Below are positions 10,440 through 19,324 of a DNA stretch of 64,000 nucleotides, piece after piece. Below the pieces are notes generated by a model that did no database searches, had not been told where the DNA came from, and worked only from the letters and a program-made list of their open reading frames with translations. Source of the stretch: Candidatus Babelota bacterium (GTDB lineage Bacteria; Babelota; Babeliae; Babelales; CAIQNR01); assembly GCA_965658655.1 (NCBI GenBank), contig CBFHTA010000002.1, forward strand, positions 32,001 to 96,000, written 5' to 3'. How positions within the stretch are numbered: the stretch's first letter is position 1; every line of letters starts with the position of its first letter. The position numbers were made by a program, and so were the translations under genes.

Positions 10440-13205
10440 ATGTCAGCCGAAAAGGCCCAAGAAAAATTACCAAAGGGTATCAAACCAGTCCTCATTGAAG
10501 ATGAGCTTAAGAGTTCGTTTTTAGATTACGCCATGTCTGTGGTAGTAAGTCGTGCAATTCCAGATATTCGTGATGGCCTTAAGCCAGTACATAGGCGTGT
10601 TTTGTACGCTATGTATGAGCTTGGTTATCATTTTAATAAGCCCTACAGGAAATCTGTACGTGTAGTTGGTGATGTACTTGGTAAGTATCATCCACATGGT
10701 GATCAGGCAGTATATAATACTATGGTTGGTATGGTGCAAGACTTCGCGAAACGTTATCCATTGTTAGATGGTCAGGGTAACTGGGGTTCAGTTGATGGTG
10801 ACAACGCAGCTGCTATGCGTTATACCGAAGTGAGAATGAAAAAAATTACGCAAGAAATTCTTGCAGATATCGACAAAAATACTGTTCAGTTTGTACCAAA
10901 CTTTGATGAATCAACAACTGAACCAGTTATTTTACCAAGTCGATTGCCAAACCTATTAATCAATGGAACAGCCGGTATTGCGGTTGGTATGGCAACTAAT
11001 ATTCCACCGCATAATTTGGGTGAAGTAATAGATGCATGCTTGGCATTACTTAAAGATGAAAATCTTACATTCGAAGAACTTATTAAATTAGTTCCTGCAC
11101 CAGATTTTCCTACTGGCGGTATTATTTGTGGTCGCGGCGGTGTGCTTCAAGCGTACAAAACCGGTCGCGGTAAGGTTATGGTTCGTGGTGTAACAGCTAT
11201 TGAAGAAACCAAAAAAGGTGGCTCTGCAATTGTTATTACTGAGCTTCCTTACCAGGTAAATAAAGCAGAACTTATTATTAAGACTGCAGATTTAGTAAAA
11301 AATAAAATTATCGAAGGTATTTCTAATATTCGTGATGAGTCAGACAGACGTGGTATGCGTGTGGTTATAGACATTAAACGCGGTGAAATTCCTGATGTGG
11401 TTCTAAATCAACTGTATAAGTATACTTCGCTTCAAACATCGCTTTCTATTTTGATGCTTGGGTTGCTAGATAACAAACCAATGGTATTTACGCTCAAAGA
11501 ACTTATTAAGCAGTTCTTGTTGCATAGAGAAACGGTTGTGTATCGAAGAACTAAGTATGAACTTGATAAGGCAAAGTCTCGAGAGCATCTTTTAGAAGGT
11601 TTTATTATTGCGCTTGATAATATTGACGCAGTAGTTCAACATATTAAAAAATCTAAAGCAGCTGACGAAGCAATAGCAATTTTGGTTAAAGAATACAAGC
11701 TTTCAGAAGAGCAAAGTAAAGCGATTCTTGAAATGCGCTTGCAACGTTTGACTGGTTTGGAACAGCAAAAAATTCATAACGAAATTACAGAAATTAAAAA
11801 ACGCATTGAGTATTTAATGTCTGTATTGCAAGATCGAGAAGTTCTTAAAAAAGAAATTGAAGTTGAGCTTAATGAAGTTAAAGCTACGTACGACAACCCA
11901 AGACGTACTGTGATTGAAGATAGCTTTACCTCATTAACCGATGAAGATTTAATTCCTGATGAAGACGTGGTCGTAACTTTAACTCAAAAAGGTTATGTAA
12001 AACGTGTTGGCCTTGAAAACTACGGTGTGCAGCATCGTGGTGGTAAAGGTAAAATGGGTATGCAAAAGCTTGACGACAACGATGATGTTGTACGCGATAT
12101 GTTTGTTGCAAAATCTCATGACGAATTGCTCTTCTTTACGAGTCTTGGTCGTGTTTACAGTATGCGTGTATATGAAGTTGGTGAAGGTTCTCGTACTTCA
12201 AAAGGACGTGCAGTTATTAACTTGCTGCCGTTGGTAGAGGGTGAATCTGTAGTAAGATTACTTTGTATGCGAGACATGAAAGATAAAAATATTGTGATGG
12301 TTACCAAGAAAGGTATCATCAAAAAAACCGATGCGAAGTCGTTTGCAAAGATTCGTGTGTCAGGTATTCGTGCTCTTGGTCTTAGAGAAGATGACGCACT
12401 TTCATTCTGTGGTGTTTCTTCTGGGCAAGATGACATTGTTATTGCAACAGCATTTGGTCAGGGCATTAGATTCAATGAAAAAGAAGTACGTGCAATGGGT
12501 CGTCAGGCAGCAGGGGTTATTGGTATTCGCCTAAGAGAAGGTGACTCTGTTGTTGGGATGGAAATCATTGACGACGAAAATAAAAATATTTTGTTTGCAA
12601 CACAAAATGGTTACGGAAAGCGTACACGTGTAGGAGACTTCCGTGTGGCTCATCGTGGTGGTTTGGGTGTTCGAACAATCCCAACAGATCGTCGTAATGG
12701 TGAGGTTGTTGGGTTGGTTATTGTTAGTGAAACGTCTCATATTCTCCTCATCGATGATGCAGGGAAAATTATTCATCTGCTTCCAACCGAAGTTCGTACC
12801 ATGGGAAGACAGGCTAAAGGGGTTCGCCTTATTCGTCTTGATTCTGGGCGACGATTGATTTCGATTGCAGCATTTGATGAAGATGAAGACTCAGATTCTG
12901 AAGTAAGCTCAAGTGAAGGAGGGTCAGGTGGTGACAAACCTGAAACTAAAGCACAAGACGCAGCAGGGTCGCAAGAAGTAAAGGGTGCGATAAAGGCGTC
13001 TGAACAAGAAGAACCAGTTGCAGAAATTTCTGAAGAAGGTACAATTGTTATAGGTGCGAAGGAAGAAATAAGTAATGAACCTGAGAAAGCTGTAATGGCT
13101 GACCCTCAGGATGGAACAAAAATTTCAGCAGCGGCAACGTTGCTTGAAGATGAAATGAATGATACATCGTCGTTTGACAATAGTGATCAGACGATGATTT
13201 TTTAA
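10440..13205 (+). CDS. gyrA: DNA gyrase subunit A
   Basis: HPHGD, AAMRYTE, GyrA-box QHRGGKG, long acidic tail. Confidence 0.98.
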   Translation: MSAEKAQEKLPKGIKPVLIEDELKSSFLDYAMSVVVSRAIPDIRDGLKPVHRRVLYAMYELGYHFNKPYRKSVRVVGDVLGKYHPHGDQAVYNTMVGMVQDFAKRYPLLDGQGNWGSVDGDNAAAMRYTEVRMKKITQEILADIDKNTVQFVPNFDESTTEPVILPSRLPNLLINGTAGIAVGMATNIPPHNLGEVIDACLALLKDENLTFEELIKLVPAPDFPTGGIICGRGGVLQAYKTGRGKVMVRGVTAIEETKKGGSAIVITELPYQVNKAELIIKTADLVKNKIIEGISNIRDESDRRGMRVVIDIKRGEIPDVVLNQLYKYTSLQTSLSILMLGLLDNKPMVFTLKELIKQFLLHRETVVYRRTKYELDKAKSREHLLEGFIIALDNIDAVVQHIKKSKAADEAIAILVKEYKLSEEQSKAILEMRLQRLTGLEQQKIHNEITEIKKRIEYLMSVLQDREVLKKEIEVELNEVKATYDNPRRTVIEDSFTSLTDEDLIPDEDVVVTLTQKGYVKRVGLENYGVQHRGGKGKMGMQKLDDNDDVVRDMFVAKSHDELLFFTSLGRVYSMRVYEVGEGSRTSKGRAVINLLPLVEGESVVRLLCMRDMKDKNIVMVTKKGIIKKTDAKSFAKIRVSGIRALGLREDDALSFCGVSSGQDDIVIATAFGQGIRFNEKEVRAMGRQAAGVIGIRLREGDSVVGMEIIDDENKNILFATQNGYGKRTRVGDFRVAHRGGLGVRTIPTDRRNGEVVGLVIVSETSHILLIDDAGKIIHLLPTEVRTMGRQAKGVRLIRLDSGRRLISIAAFDEDEDSDSEVSSSEGGSGGDKPETKAQDAAGSQEVKGAIKASEQEEPVAEISEEGTIVIGAKEEISNEPEKAVMADPQDGTKISAAATLLEDEMNDTSSFDNSDQTMIF

Positions 13206-13229
13206 TCTCTTTTGTAAGGATACGAACGT

Positions 13230-13532
13230 ATGAAATTGTACGTAGGAAACTTGAGCTTTAACTTGTCAGATAACGATCTTAAAGCAAAATTTGAAGAATT
13301 TGGTGCAGTTGAATCTGCTAACATTATTACAGATCGTGAAACTGGCCGCTCTAAGGGTTTTGGTTTCGTTGAAATGGTTGACGCTGCTAATGCACAAGAA
13401 GCTATTGCACAACTTAACGGTTCTGACTACGAAGGCCGTAAAGTAATCGTTAACGAAGCTCGTCCTCGTCCAGAACGTACTGGTGGTGGCAGCCGTGGTC
13501 CACGTGGTGGAAATGGCGGAGGTCGCTGGTAG
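13230..13532 (+). CDS. RRM RNA-binding protein with Gly/Arg tail
   Basis: RNP2 LYVGNL, RNP1 KGFGFVEM. Confidence 0.95.
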   Translation: MKLYVGNLSFNLSDNDLKAKFEEFGAVESANIITDRETGRSKGFGFVEMVDAANAQEAIAQLNGSDYEGRKVIVNEARPRPERTGGGSRGPRGGNGGGRW

Positions 13533-13562
13533 TCTGTTTTCAGATTAACTTCGATTTTAAAG

Positions 13563-13591
13563 AAAAGGGTGTCTTCAAGGCACCCTTTTTT
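13563..13591 (+). terminator. Rho-independent terminator
   Basis: aaaagggtgtc-ttcaa-ggcacccttttt. Confidence 0.8.
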
Positions 13592-13605
13592 AATGGAATA
13601 CATAT

Positions 13606-13968
13606 ATGAAAAATTTTTTTTTAATTGTTTTTCTAATTGTTTGTTTTTCTCTCTATGGTAACGACCAATTACTTGATGCAGTTAATTCTGTTCGTTTAAA
13701 AATTGCTTTAGATAATTTAAACCGATTCTGTGAAAACATAGAAATGGGAATTAATATAGTGATTACAACTGCTGGCATACTTACCTATAGAGAATTAAGA
13801 CCAAAATTTTTTTGGGGTAAATACCCGGTATCGGCAGCTTTATTGCTGACATTCTTGTTAGGAGCAGGGTTGCATGGAGCGTTGCATCTTTATAAAGGCG
13901 CAGAAGCTAAAAAAATTACACAAAAAACTCTGAAATCTGATTTTTCTTTATGTACAAACAACAATTAG
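13606..13968 (+). CDS. Small orphan secreted/membrane protein
   Basis: Signal peptide MKNFFLIVFLIVCFSLYG, two hydrophobic segments, overlaps dprA start. Confidence 0.7.
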   Translation: MKNFFLIVFLIVCFSLYGNDQLLDAVNSVRLKIALDNLNRFCENIEMGINIVITTAGILTYRELRPKFFWGKYPVSAALLLTFLLGAGLHGALHLYKGAEAKKITQKTLKSDFSLCTNNN

Positions 13969-15050
13969 TTCTACATCTTTCTTTAATTGCATCAGTTGGC
14001 CCAGATAAAATAGGCAAGCTGGTAAAAGTTCTTAAAAAAGAAAAAAATCCTGCTAGCTGGTATGCTTATCGGCAACAAGATTTTATGCGTTTAGGGATGA
14101 CAGCACGGAATGCTCAAACCATTGTTGCGGGTCTTGCCAATGCGCAAATTCTTAAAGAAGAATTAGAACTTATCGAAAAATATGCGATTAACTGGACCAC
14201 GATTTTAGATGCTGATTACCCAGCACTTTTAAAAGAAATTCATACTCCGCCTGCAGTTTTGTATTGGCGAGGAGAACCGGTGTGGCAAACCACAGAAAAA
14301 ACAGTTGCATTTGTTGGCGCGCGTAAAGGTACGGCATATGGTCAGAGAGTCGTTAACGCTGTTATTCCAACTTTGGTTGCGGCAGGATACACTATTGTTT
14401 CTGGAGGTGCTTATGGTATCGATACTATGGCTCATCGAGCTACCCTTGAATGTGGTGGAAAAACAATTGTGGTGATTGGTGCAGGTCTTTTAATCCCGTA
14501 TTTGGCTGGTAATCAAAAGCTATTTGAGCAAGCGGCATCTGCAGGAAGTGTTGTAGTCAGTGCTTTTCCATTGATGCACGGTGCTGATAAATGGACATTT
14601 CCGGTACGTAATAGAATTATTGCTGGGTTGTCTCAAGGCTGTGTGGTGGTGCAAGCGGCTAAGAAAAGTGGTGCTTTGATCACCTCAAGTTATGCCTTAC
14701 AAGAAGGTAGACAGGTCTTTGCAGTACCCGGACCGTTTGATGATGAGCTAAGCGTAGGATGCCTAAATTTGATCAAGCAGGGCGCAAAAGTGGTGTGTAG
14801 TGCTCAAGACGTCTTAGAAGAATTTGGAGCTCAAGAAGAGATTTTTGAGCAAATAGAGATCTCTACGGTTGAAGCGCCTAAGCAAAAATTAGACAATTCT
14901 ATTTTAGTCCATTGCGCTCAACCAATAAGTTTATCTGAGCTTATTCAAAAAACAGGCTTAGAAGAAAATAAGCTTAAACAGGATCTTTTTGATCTTCAAT
15001 TAGATGGCAAAATAGAGCAAGATTTTGCCGGTCTATGGAAGCTGCTTTAA
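13950..15050 (+). CDS. dprA: DNA-processing protein DprA/Smf
   Basis: YPALLKEIHTPP, VSGGAYGID, FPVRNRIIAGLS, SGALIT, VFAVPG. Confidence 0.96.
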   Translation: MYKQQLVLHLSLIASVGPDKIGKLVKVLKKEKNPASWYAYRQQDFMRLGMTARNAQTIVAGLANAQILKEELELIEKYAINWTTILDADYPALLKEIHTPPAVLYWRGEPVWQTTEKTVAFVGARKGTAYGQRVVNAVIPTLVAAGYTIVSGGAYGIDTMAHRATLECGGKTIVVIGAGLLIPYLAGNQKLFEQAASAGSVVVSAFPLMHGADKWTFPVRNRIIAGLSQGCVVVQAAKKSGALITSSYALQEGRQVFAVPGPFDDELSVGCLNLIKQGAKVVCSAQDVLEEFGAQEEIFEQIEISTVEAPKQKLDNSILVHCAQPISLSELIQKTGLEENKLKQDLFDLQLDGKIEQDFAGLWKLL

Positions 15051-15133
15051 GTTTAAAACCTTGACCTGTTGAGGTTTTGGTTTGTGTTGCTACAATTATA
15101 AGTAGTATTTTAAGTGGATTTCTGGAGGTTGTT

Positions 15134-15332
15134 GTGAAAAAAAAACTAATATTTTTTATTTTTTCGACCTGAAGATGATTTGCGTGAGTTAAATAAATTA
15201 GCTGAGACACAAGAAAAGATTGCTAAAGAGAAAAGAGAGTTTTATGAAAATTTATCTCGCGAATCTCTTAAGCTTATGAGAGAGAGAGAAGGAATAACTG
15301 AGGAAGAGTGGAATAAAAAGTATGGCAAATAA
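15134..15332 (+). pseudogene. Broken signal-peptide start (VKKKLIFFIFS) fused to a 5'-truncated gene end
   Basis: GTG 15134 is homologous to the start of 16077..16469 and stops at 15170. In the +1 frame, 15168-15332 reads PEDDLRELNKLAETQEKIAK...WNKKYGK* with no own start. Confidence 0.6.
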
Positions 15333-15364
15333 GTTAGTCTAAAAATTGATTTTGAAAGGTTATT

Positions 15365-15733
15365 ATGAAAAAGTTTTTATTATTGACGCTAATATTATTT
15401 GGGAGTGTGTTTGCCAATATGAAACAAAATGCATTTAAAGAAAAGATGATACAAGAAGCCGAAAAGGAAATGTTTTGTGCTGAAAAAGATTTAAACAAAT
15501 CTCGAATAAAAAGATCTTTAGTGGCCACTTTTGGACTGTTGCTTATGATAGCATCTCTAGATAGTCATTTAAAGAATCATGATAATATTACGGGGCCAGT
15601 TTTGATGGGTCTAGTGGGTCTAGGAAATAGTCTTTTTCGATTTGAGCTAGAGTGGTTTATAAATAAGAAAAGTTATAGTAATGCAAATCGAGCTTTAATC
15701 AATGTTTTACGTAAAGTTGATGAGCAAAAATAA
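15365..15733 (+). CDS. Small orphan secreted/membrane protein (cassette 1)
   Basis: AAGG RBS, signal peptide MKKFLLLTLILFGSVFA, hydrophobic hairpin. Confidence 0.75.
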   Translation: MKKFLLLTLILFGSVFANMKQNAFKEKMIQEAEKEMFCAEKDLNKSRIKRSLVATFGLLLMIASLDSHLKNHDNITGPVLMGLVGLGNSLFRFELEWFINKKSYSNANRALINVLRKVDEQK

Positions 15734-15790
15734 TTATTGTTATAAGGTTATTTAAGAAGACCAGTTTTAGGGTTGCACCCGACTTTTTTA

Positions 15791-15978
15791 AAATAGAGAT
15801 CTCTACGGTTGAAGCGCCTAAGCAAAAATTAGACAATTCTATTTTAGTTCATTGCGCTCAACCAATAAGTTTATCTGAGCTTATTCAAAAAACAGGCTTA
15901 GAAGAAAACAAGCTTAAACAGGATCTTTTTGATCTTCAATTAGATGGTGAAATACAGCAAGACTTTGCCGGCTTATGG
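15791..15978 (+). repeat. Copy 2 of dprA 3' end
   Basis: 8 mismatches in 188 nt versus 14851-15038 (manual count). Confidence 0.97.
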
Positions 15979-16076
15979 CAAGTGGTTAAAACCTTGAAAT
16001 CCCACTCTAGTTGAGTTATTTCTCTTTTTTTGCTATAATTTTATAAGTTTAAATTAAATGACTTCTGGGGGTTGTT

Positions 16077-16469
16077 GTGAAACAAAAACTTATACTTTAT
16101 ATTTTTTCGAGTTTATTTTTAGGGTTGCACCCAAGTAATTCTTTTTTTGATAATGAGTTGAGTCGTACAGAAAAATATATTTCATTTTTAAAGTATAAAG
16201 AGTCGCAGCTAAGAGAAAAAGAGAAAGGAATTAAAACAAATTTAATGTTGCAATTCCAAAAAAACTTACAAAATATTACTATGGGGCCACCGAGACAATT
16301 AGGTTTAGTAAGGATGATTAGTTTAGCTTCTTTTTTAGTGAATTATGTGCCGGCTACTGTGCATTTAAGTTTGACTTATACTGATAACAAGACCACTCAA
16401 AAAGAGTTGTCTACCTGTAAAAATTACTCTGACATGCTTAAATCATTAAATAAATCTTTTATTGCATAA
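16077..16469 (+). CDS. Small orphan secreted protein (cassette 2)
   Basis: TGCTATAAT at 16031, GGGGG RBS, GTG start, signal-like N-terminus. Confidence 0.75.
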   Translation: MKQKLILYIFSSLFLGLHPSNSFFDNELSRTEKYISFLKYKESQLREKEKGIKTNLMLQFQKNLQNITMGPPRQLGLVRMISLASFLVNYVPATVHLSLTYTDNKTTQKELSTCKNYSDMLKSLNKSFIA

Positions 16470-16484
16470 GTTGGAAATTTTTTG

Positions 16485-16723
16485 CTTAGAAGAGTTTGGA
16501 GCTTAAGAGGAGGTTTTGGAGCAAATAGAGATCTCTAGGTTTGAAGCTCCTAAGGCAAAAGCAGACAATTCTATTTTTAGTTCACTGGGTTCAACTTATA
16601 AGTCAGTCTTGACTCATTTAAAAAACAGTCTTAAAAGAAAGTAAGCTTAAACAGGATCTTTTTGATCTTCAATTGGATGGTAAAATACAGCACGACTCCG
16701 CAGGTTTATGGCAGCTTACTTGA
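16485..16723 (+). pseudogene. Copy 3 of dprA 3' end, degraded with indels
   Basis: Matches 14813-15050 (cttagaag..ttggagct, aaatagagatctcta, aagcttaaacaggatctttttgatcttcaat) and ends KQDLFDLQLDGKIQHDSAGLWQLT*. Confidence 0.92.
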
Positions 16724-16756
16724 AGCCCTTTGTTTTTTTGCCTTTTCCGTTTATTT

Positions 16757-16765
16757 TGCTATAAT
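16757..16765 (+). promoter_or_regulatory. Extended -10 promoter upstream of rpmF
   Basis: TGCTATAAT; homologous elements follow dprA tail copies 1 (15088) and 2 (16031). Confidence 0.65.
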
Positions 16766-16832
16766 TATCCTATCTATTAGGCGCCTAAGGCGTCATTTCT
16801 ATTAAAGATTTTAGGCTACCAAGGAGTTTGTC

Positions 16833-17126
16833 ATGCCAGTACCAAAGAGAAAAAGATCTCGTCAGAGAAGAGATAAGCGTTTTGCTAACAAAGGCGTTAA
16901 AGTTCGTTCTATTTCAAGCTGTACCAACTGTTCAGAAGCTGTGTCTTCTCATACAGCGTGTATGTCTTGTGGATTTTATAAAGGCCGCAAAGTGTTAGCT
17001 ACTAAGTCTGACCGTTCAGTTCGACGTGCAGATGAGCGCAAAGAAAAAGAAGGAAAACAAGAAGCATTACGACAAAAGCTTGAAGCTCAAGCAGCTCCAA
17101 TTGAAGAGCCAAAAAAAGCTGAGTAA
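16833..17126 (+). CDS. rpmF: 50S ribosomal protein bL32 with charged C-terminal extension
   Basis: MPVPKRKRSR, CxxC...HxxCxxCGFYKGR. Confidence 0.95.
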   Translation: MPVPKRKRSRQRRDKRFANKGVKVRSISSCTNCSEAVSSHTACMSCGFYKGRKVLATKSDRSVRRADERKEKEGKQEALRQKLEAQAAPIEEPKKAE

Positions 17127-17173
17127 TCTTTTGTTTGAGTAGTATGAAGAAAAAACTATAGAGATCGTTCGTA

Positions 17174-17875
17174 GTGAGGATGAGCATGATACAAGCATTA
17201 GTCAAAGATTGGTACCGCGAAATTGTTGAAGATAAGTATTCACTTGCTTTAACCGTAGTAATAATTTGTGGTGGCGCCTATTGGGGTGGTAGCGAGTTAC
17301 GTTTGCGCTACAAAAAACACGTGGGTGGAAAATCACAGATTGTTGTTGCAGAAGCGATAGAAGAGTATGACAAAGCTTTATATAACCATCTTGAAAAAGA
17401 GGGTGGACAAGAACTTGCGTCGCAACAATTTGATGATGTTCAAATTGGTTTTGATACTATTTTAAAACAACATAGTGGTTCTTCGTTGGTTCCGTATGCT
17501 CTTTCGTTTCAAGCAGATACGTTTGCTTTAAAGGGTGACTTTAAACAAGCGCTTATTACTTTAGAGGATGGTATTAAAAAAATGTCTTCTTCTGCTCCTG
17601 GTTATTACTTACTCAAAACTAAATATGCGCTTTTACAACTTGATGCTCAACAAGAAACAGAAGGTGTTGCCTTACTGCGTGAACTTGCTTTTAATTCAAG
17701 TAATCCAACGTTTGATACAGCTGCCTTTTTCTTAGGTTACTACTACTGGGCTAAGCACGATAAAGATAAAGCTCGTGATGCTTGGAAGCAACTAGAAACA
17801 ACAGAAAATAGTAAGTCTAAAAAGGGTGCATCTCCTTGGTTGCAAGCGGTAAAAGAAAAGCTTCAAAACGTTTAG
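17174..17875 (+). CDS. Membrane-anchored TPR protein (YfgM-like)
   Basis: N-terminal TM helix followed by TPR-like helices. Confidence 0.65.
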   Translation: MRMSMIQALVKDWYREIVEDKYSLALTVVIICGGAYWGGSELRLRYKKHVGGKSQIVVAEAIEEYDKALYNHLEKEGGQELASQQFDDVQIGFDTILKQHSGSSLVPYALSFQADTFALKGDFKQALITLEDGIKKMSSSAPGYYLLKTKYALLQLDAQQETEGVALLRELAFNSSNPTFDTAAFFLGYYYWAKHDKDKARDAWKQLETTENSKSKKGASPWLQAVKEKLQNV

Positions 17876-17884
17876 GAATACGTA

Positions 17885-19306
17885 GTGGCAGATACTAATG
17901 TGCGAGTAAGGTTTGCGCCTTCTCCTACGGGAAATCTTCATGTGGGCGGTCTACGGACGGCCCTTTTTAATTGGTTATTCGCAAAACATAATAATGGTAT
18001 GTTCTTAATTCGTGTAGAAGATACAGATAAAGAACGCTCTAAAGTAGAACACATGCACGCGCAACTTCAAGCGCTTGATTGGGTTGGTATTAAGAGTGAC
18101 GAAAAACCGTTATTGCAATCTGAACGTTCTGAAGTTTATAACAAAATCCTTGTACAGCTATTGGAAGAAAAAAAGATCTATCGTTGCACCTGTAGGCCAG
18201 AAGAAATCGAAGAACGGGTTCGTGCAGCGGGTATTACCGGAGATCATTATGGTTACGATAGTTTTTGTCGAGATAAAGATCGTCAAGGGCATAGAGATAG
18301 ACCATCGGTACTTCGCTTTGCACTTCCAGAAGCTTTTAATGAACTTACCATTAACGATCTTATTCGTGGCAAAGTAACGTTCAAGCGTGAACAGTTAGAT
18401 GACTTTATTATTGTTCGTTCAGATGGCAGTCCAACGTATAACTTTGTGGTAGTTGTTGACGATTATGCTTCAGGTATTTCGCATGTTATTCGTGGAGAAG
18501 ACCATCTTTCTAATACACCTAAACAGATTTTATTGTATGAAGCATGTGGGTACGATTTGCCTAAGTTTGCTCATATCCCGATGATTCTAGGGCCAGAGGG
18601 AAACAGGTTGAGTAAGCGTGATGGTGCAGTTAATGTGCTTGCCTATCGTGAGGCTGGGTATTTACCTGATGCACTCTTGAATTACATGGTTCGTCTTGGG
18701 TGGTCACATGGCGATAAAGAGATTTTTACAAATCAAGAATTAATAGATTTATTCTCACTTAAAGCGGTAGGAAAAAAGGCTGCTATTTTTGATTATGCAA
18801 AATTAGAGTGGGTTAACAGCGTGTACATGCAAGAAGCATCTAGTAGTTCTTTGCTAGAGGTTATTGCAGAATATATTGACCTAGAGTGGCGTAATAAGGT
18901 ACAACAATGGACTGATGCACAGATTGCACAAGCCATTGAAATGTATAAAGGACGTGTAAAAACAGTCGGCCATCTCGCTCAAGTATTAGTTGAACTTTAC
19001 AACGGTCCATCTGAATATGCTAAAGAGGATATTGGTAAGTGGATGACAACCACCGCATGCGGATTGCTTGATCGTTTGATCCTTGTTCTAGAAGAGTATG
19101 ATTTTGAAAAAGAGTCTCTTAAAGAAGTGGTAAAAGCATTTTGCAAAGAGCACGAAATAAAGTTGGTAGTTATTGCACAACCAACTCGCATAGCGCTTAC
19201 CGGCGGTACTATGAGCCCAGGGGTATTTGACCTGCTTATTTTGTTCGGTAAAGAAGAAAGTATTACACGCCTTAAAGCTTTACAGAGGTTTTTAGAAAAA
19301 AAATAA
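17885..19306 (+). CDS. gltX: Glutamate-tRNA ligase
   Basis: RFAPSPTG, HVGG (HIGH), IRGEDH, RLSKR (KMSKS). Confidence 0.97.
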   Translation: MADTNVRVRFAPSPTGNLHVGGLRTALFNWLFAKHNNGMFLIRVEDTDKERSKVEHMHAQLQALDWVGIKSDEKPLLQSERSEVYNKILVQLLEEKKIYRCTCRPEEIEERVRAAGITGDHYGYDSFCRDKDRQGHRDRPSVLRFALPEAFNELTINDLIRGKVTFKREQLDDFIIVRSDGSPTYNFVVVVDDYASGISHVIRGEDHLSNTPKQILLYEACGYDLPKFAHIPMILGPEGNRLSKRDGAVNVLAYREAGYLPDALLNYMVRLGWSHGDKEIFTNQELIDLFSLKAVGKKAAIFDYAKLEWVNSVYMQEASSSSLLEVIAEYIDLEWRNKVQQWTDAQIAQAIEMYKGRVKTVGHLAQVLVELYNGPSEYAKEDIGKWMTTTACGLLDRLILVLEEYDFEKESLKEVVKAFCKEHEIKLVVIAQPTRIALTGGTMSPGVFDLLILFGKEESITRLKALQRFLEKK

Positions 19307-19324
19307 AAAGAAGAGGAGAGGGGC

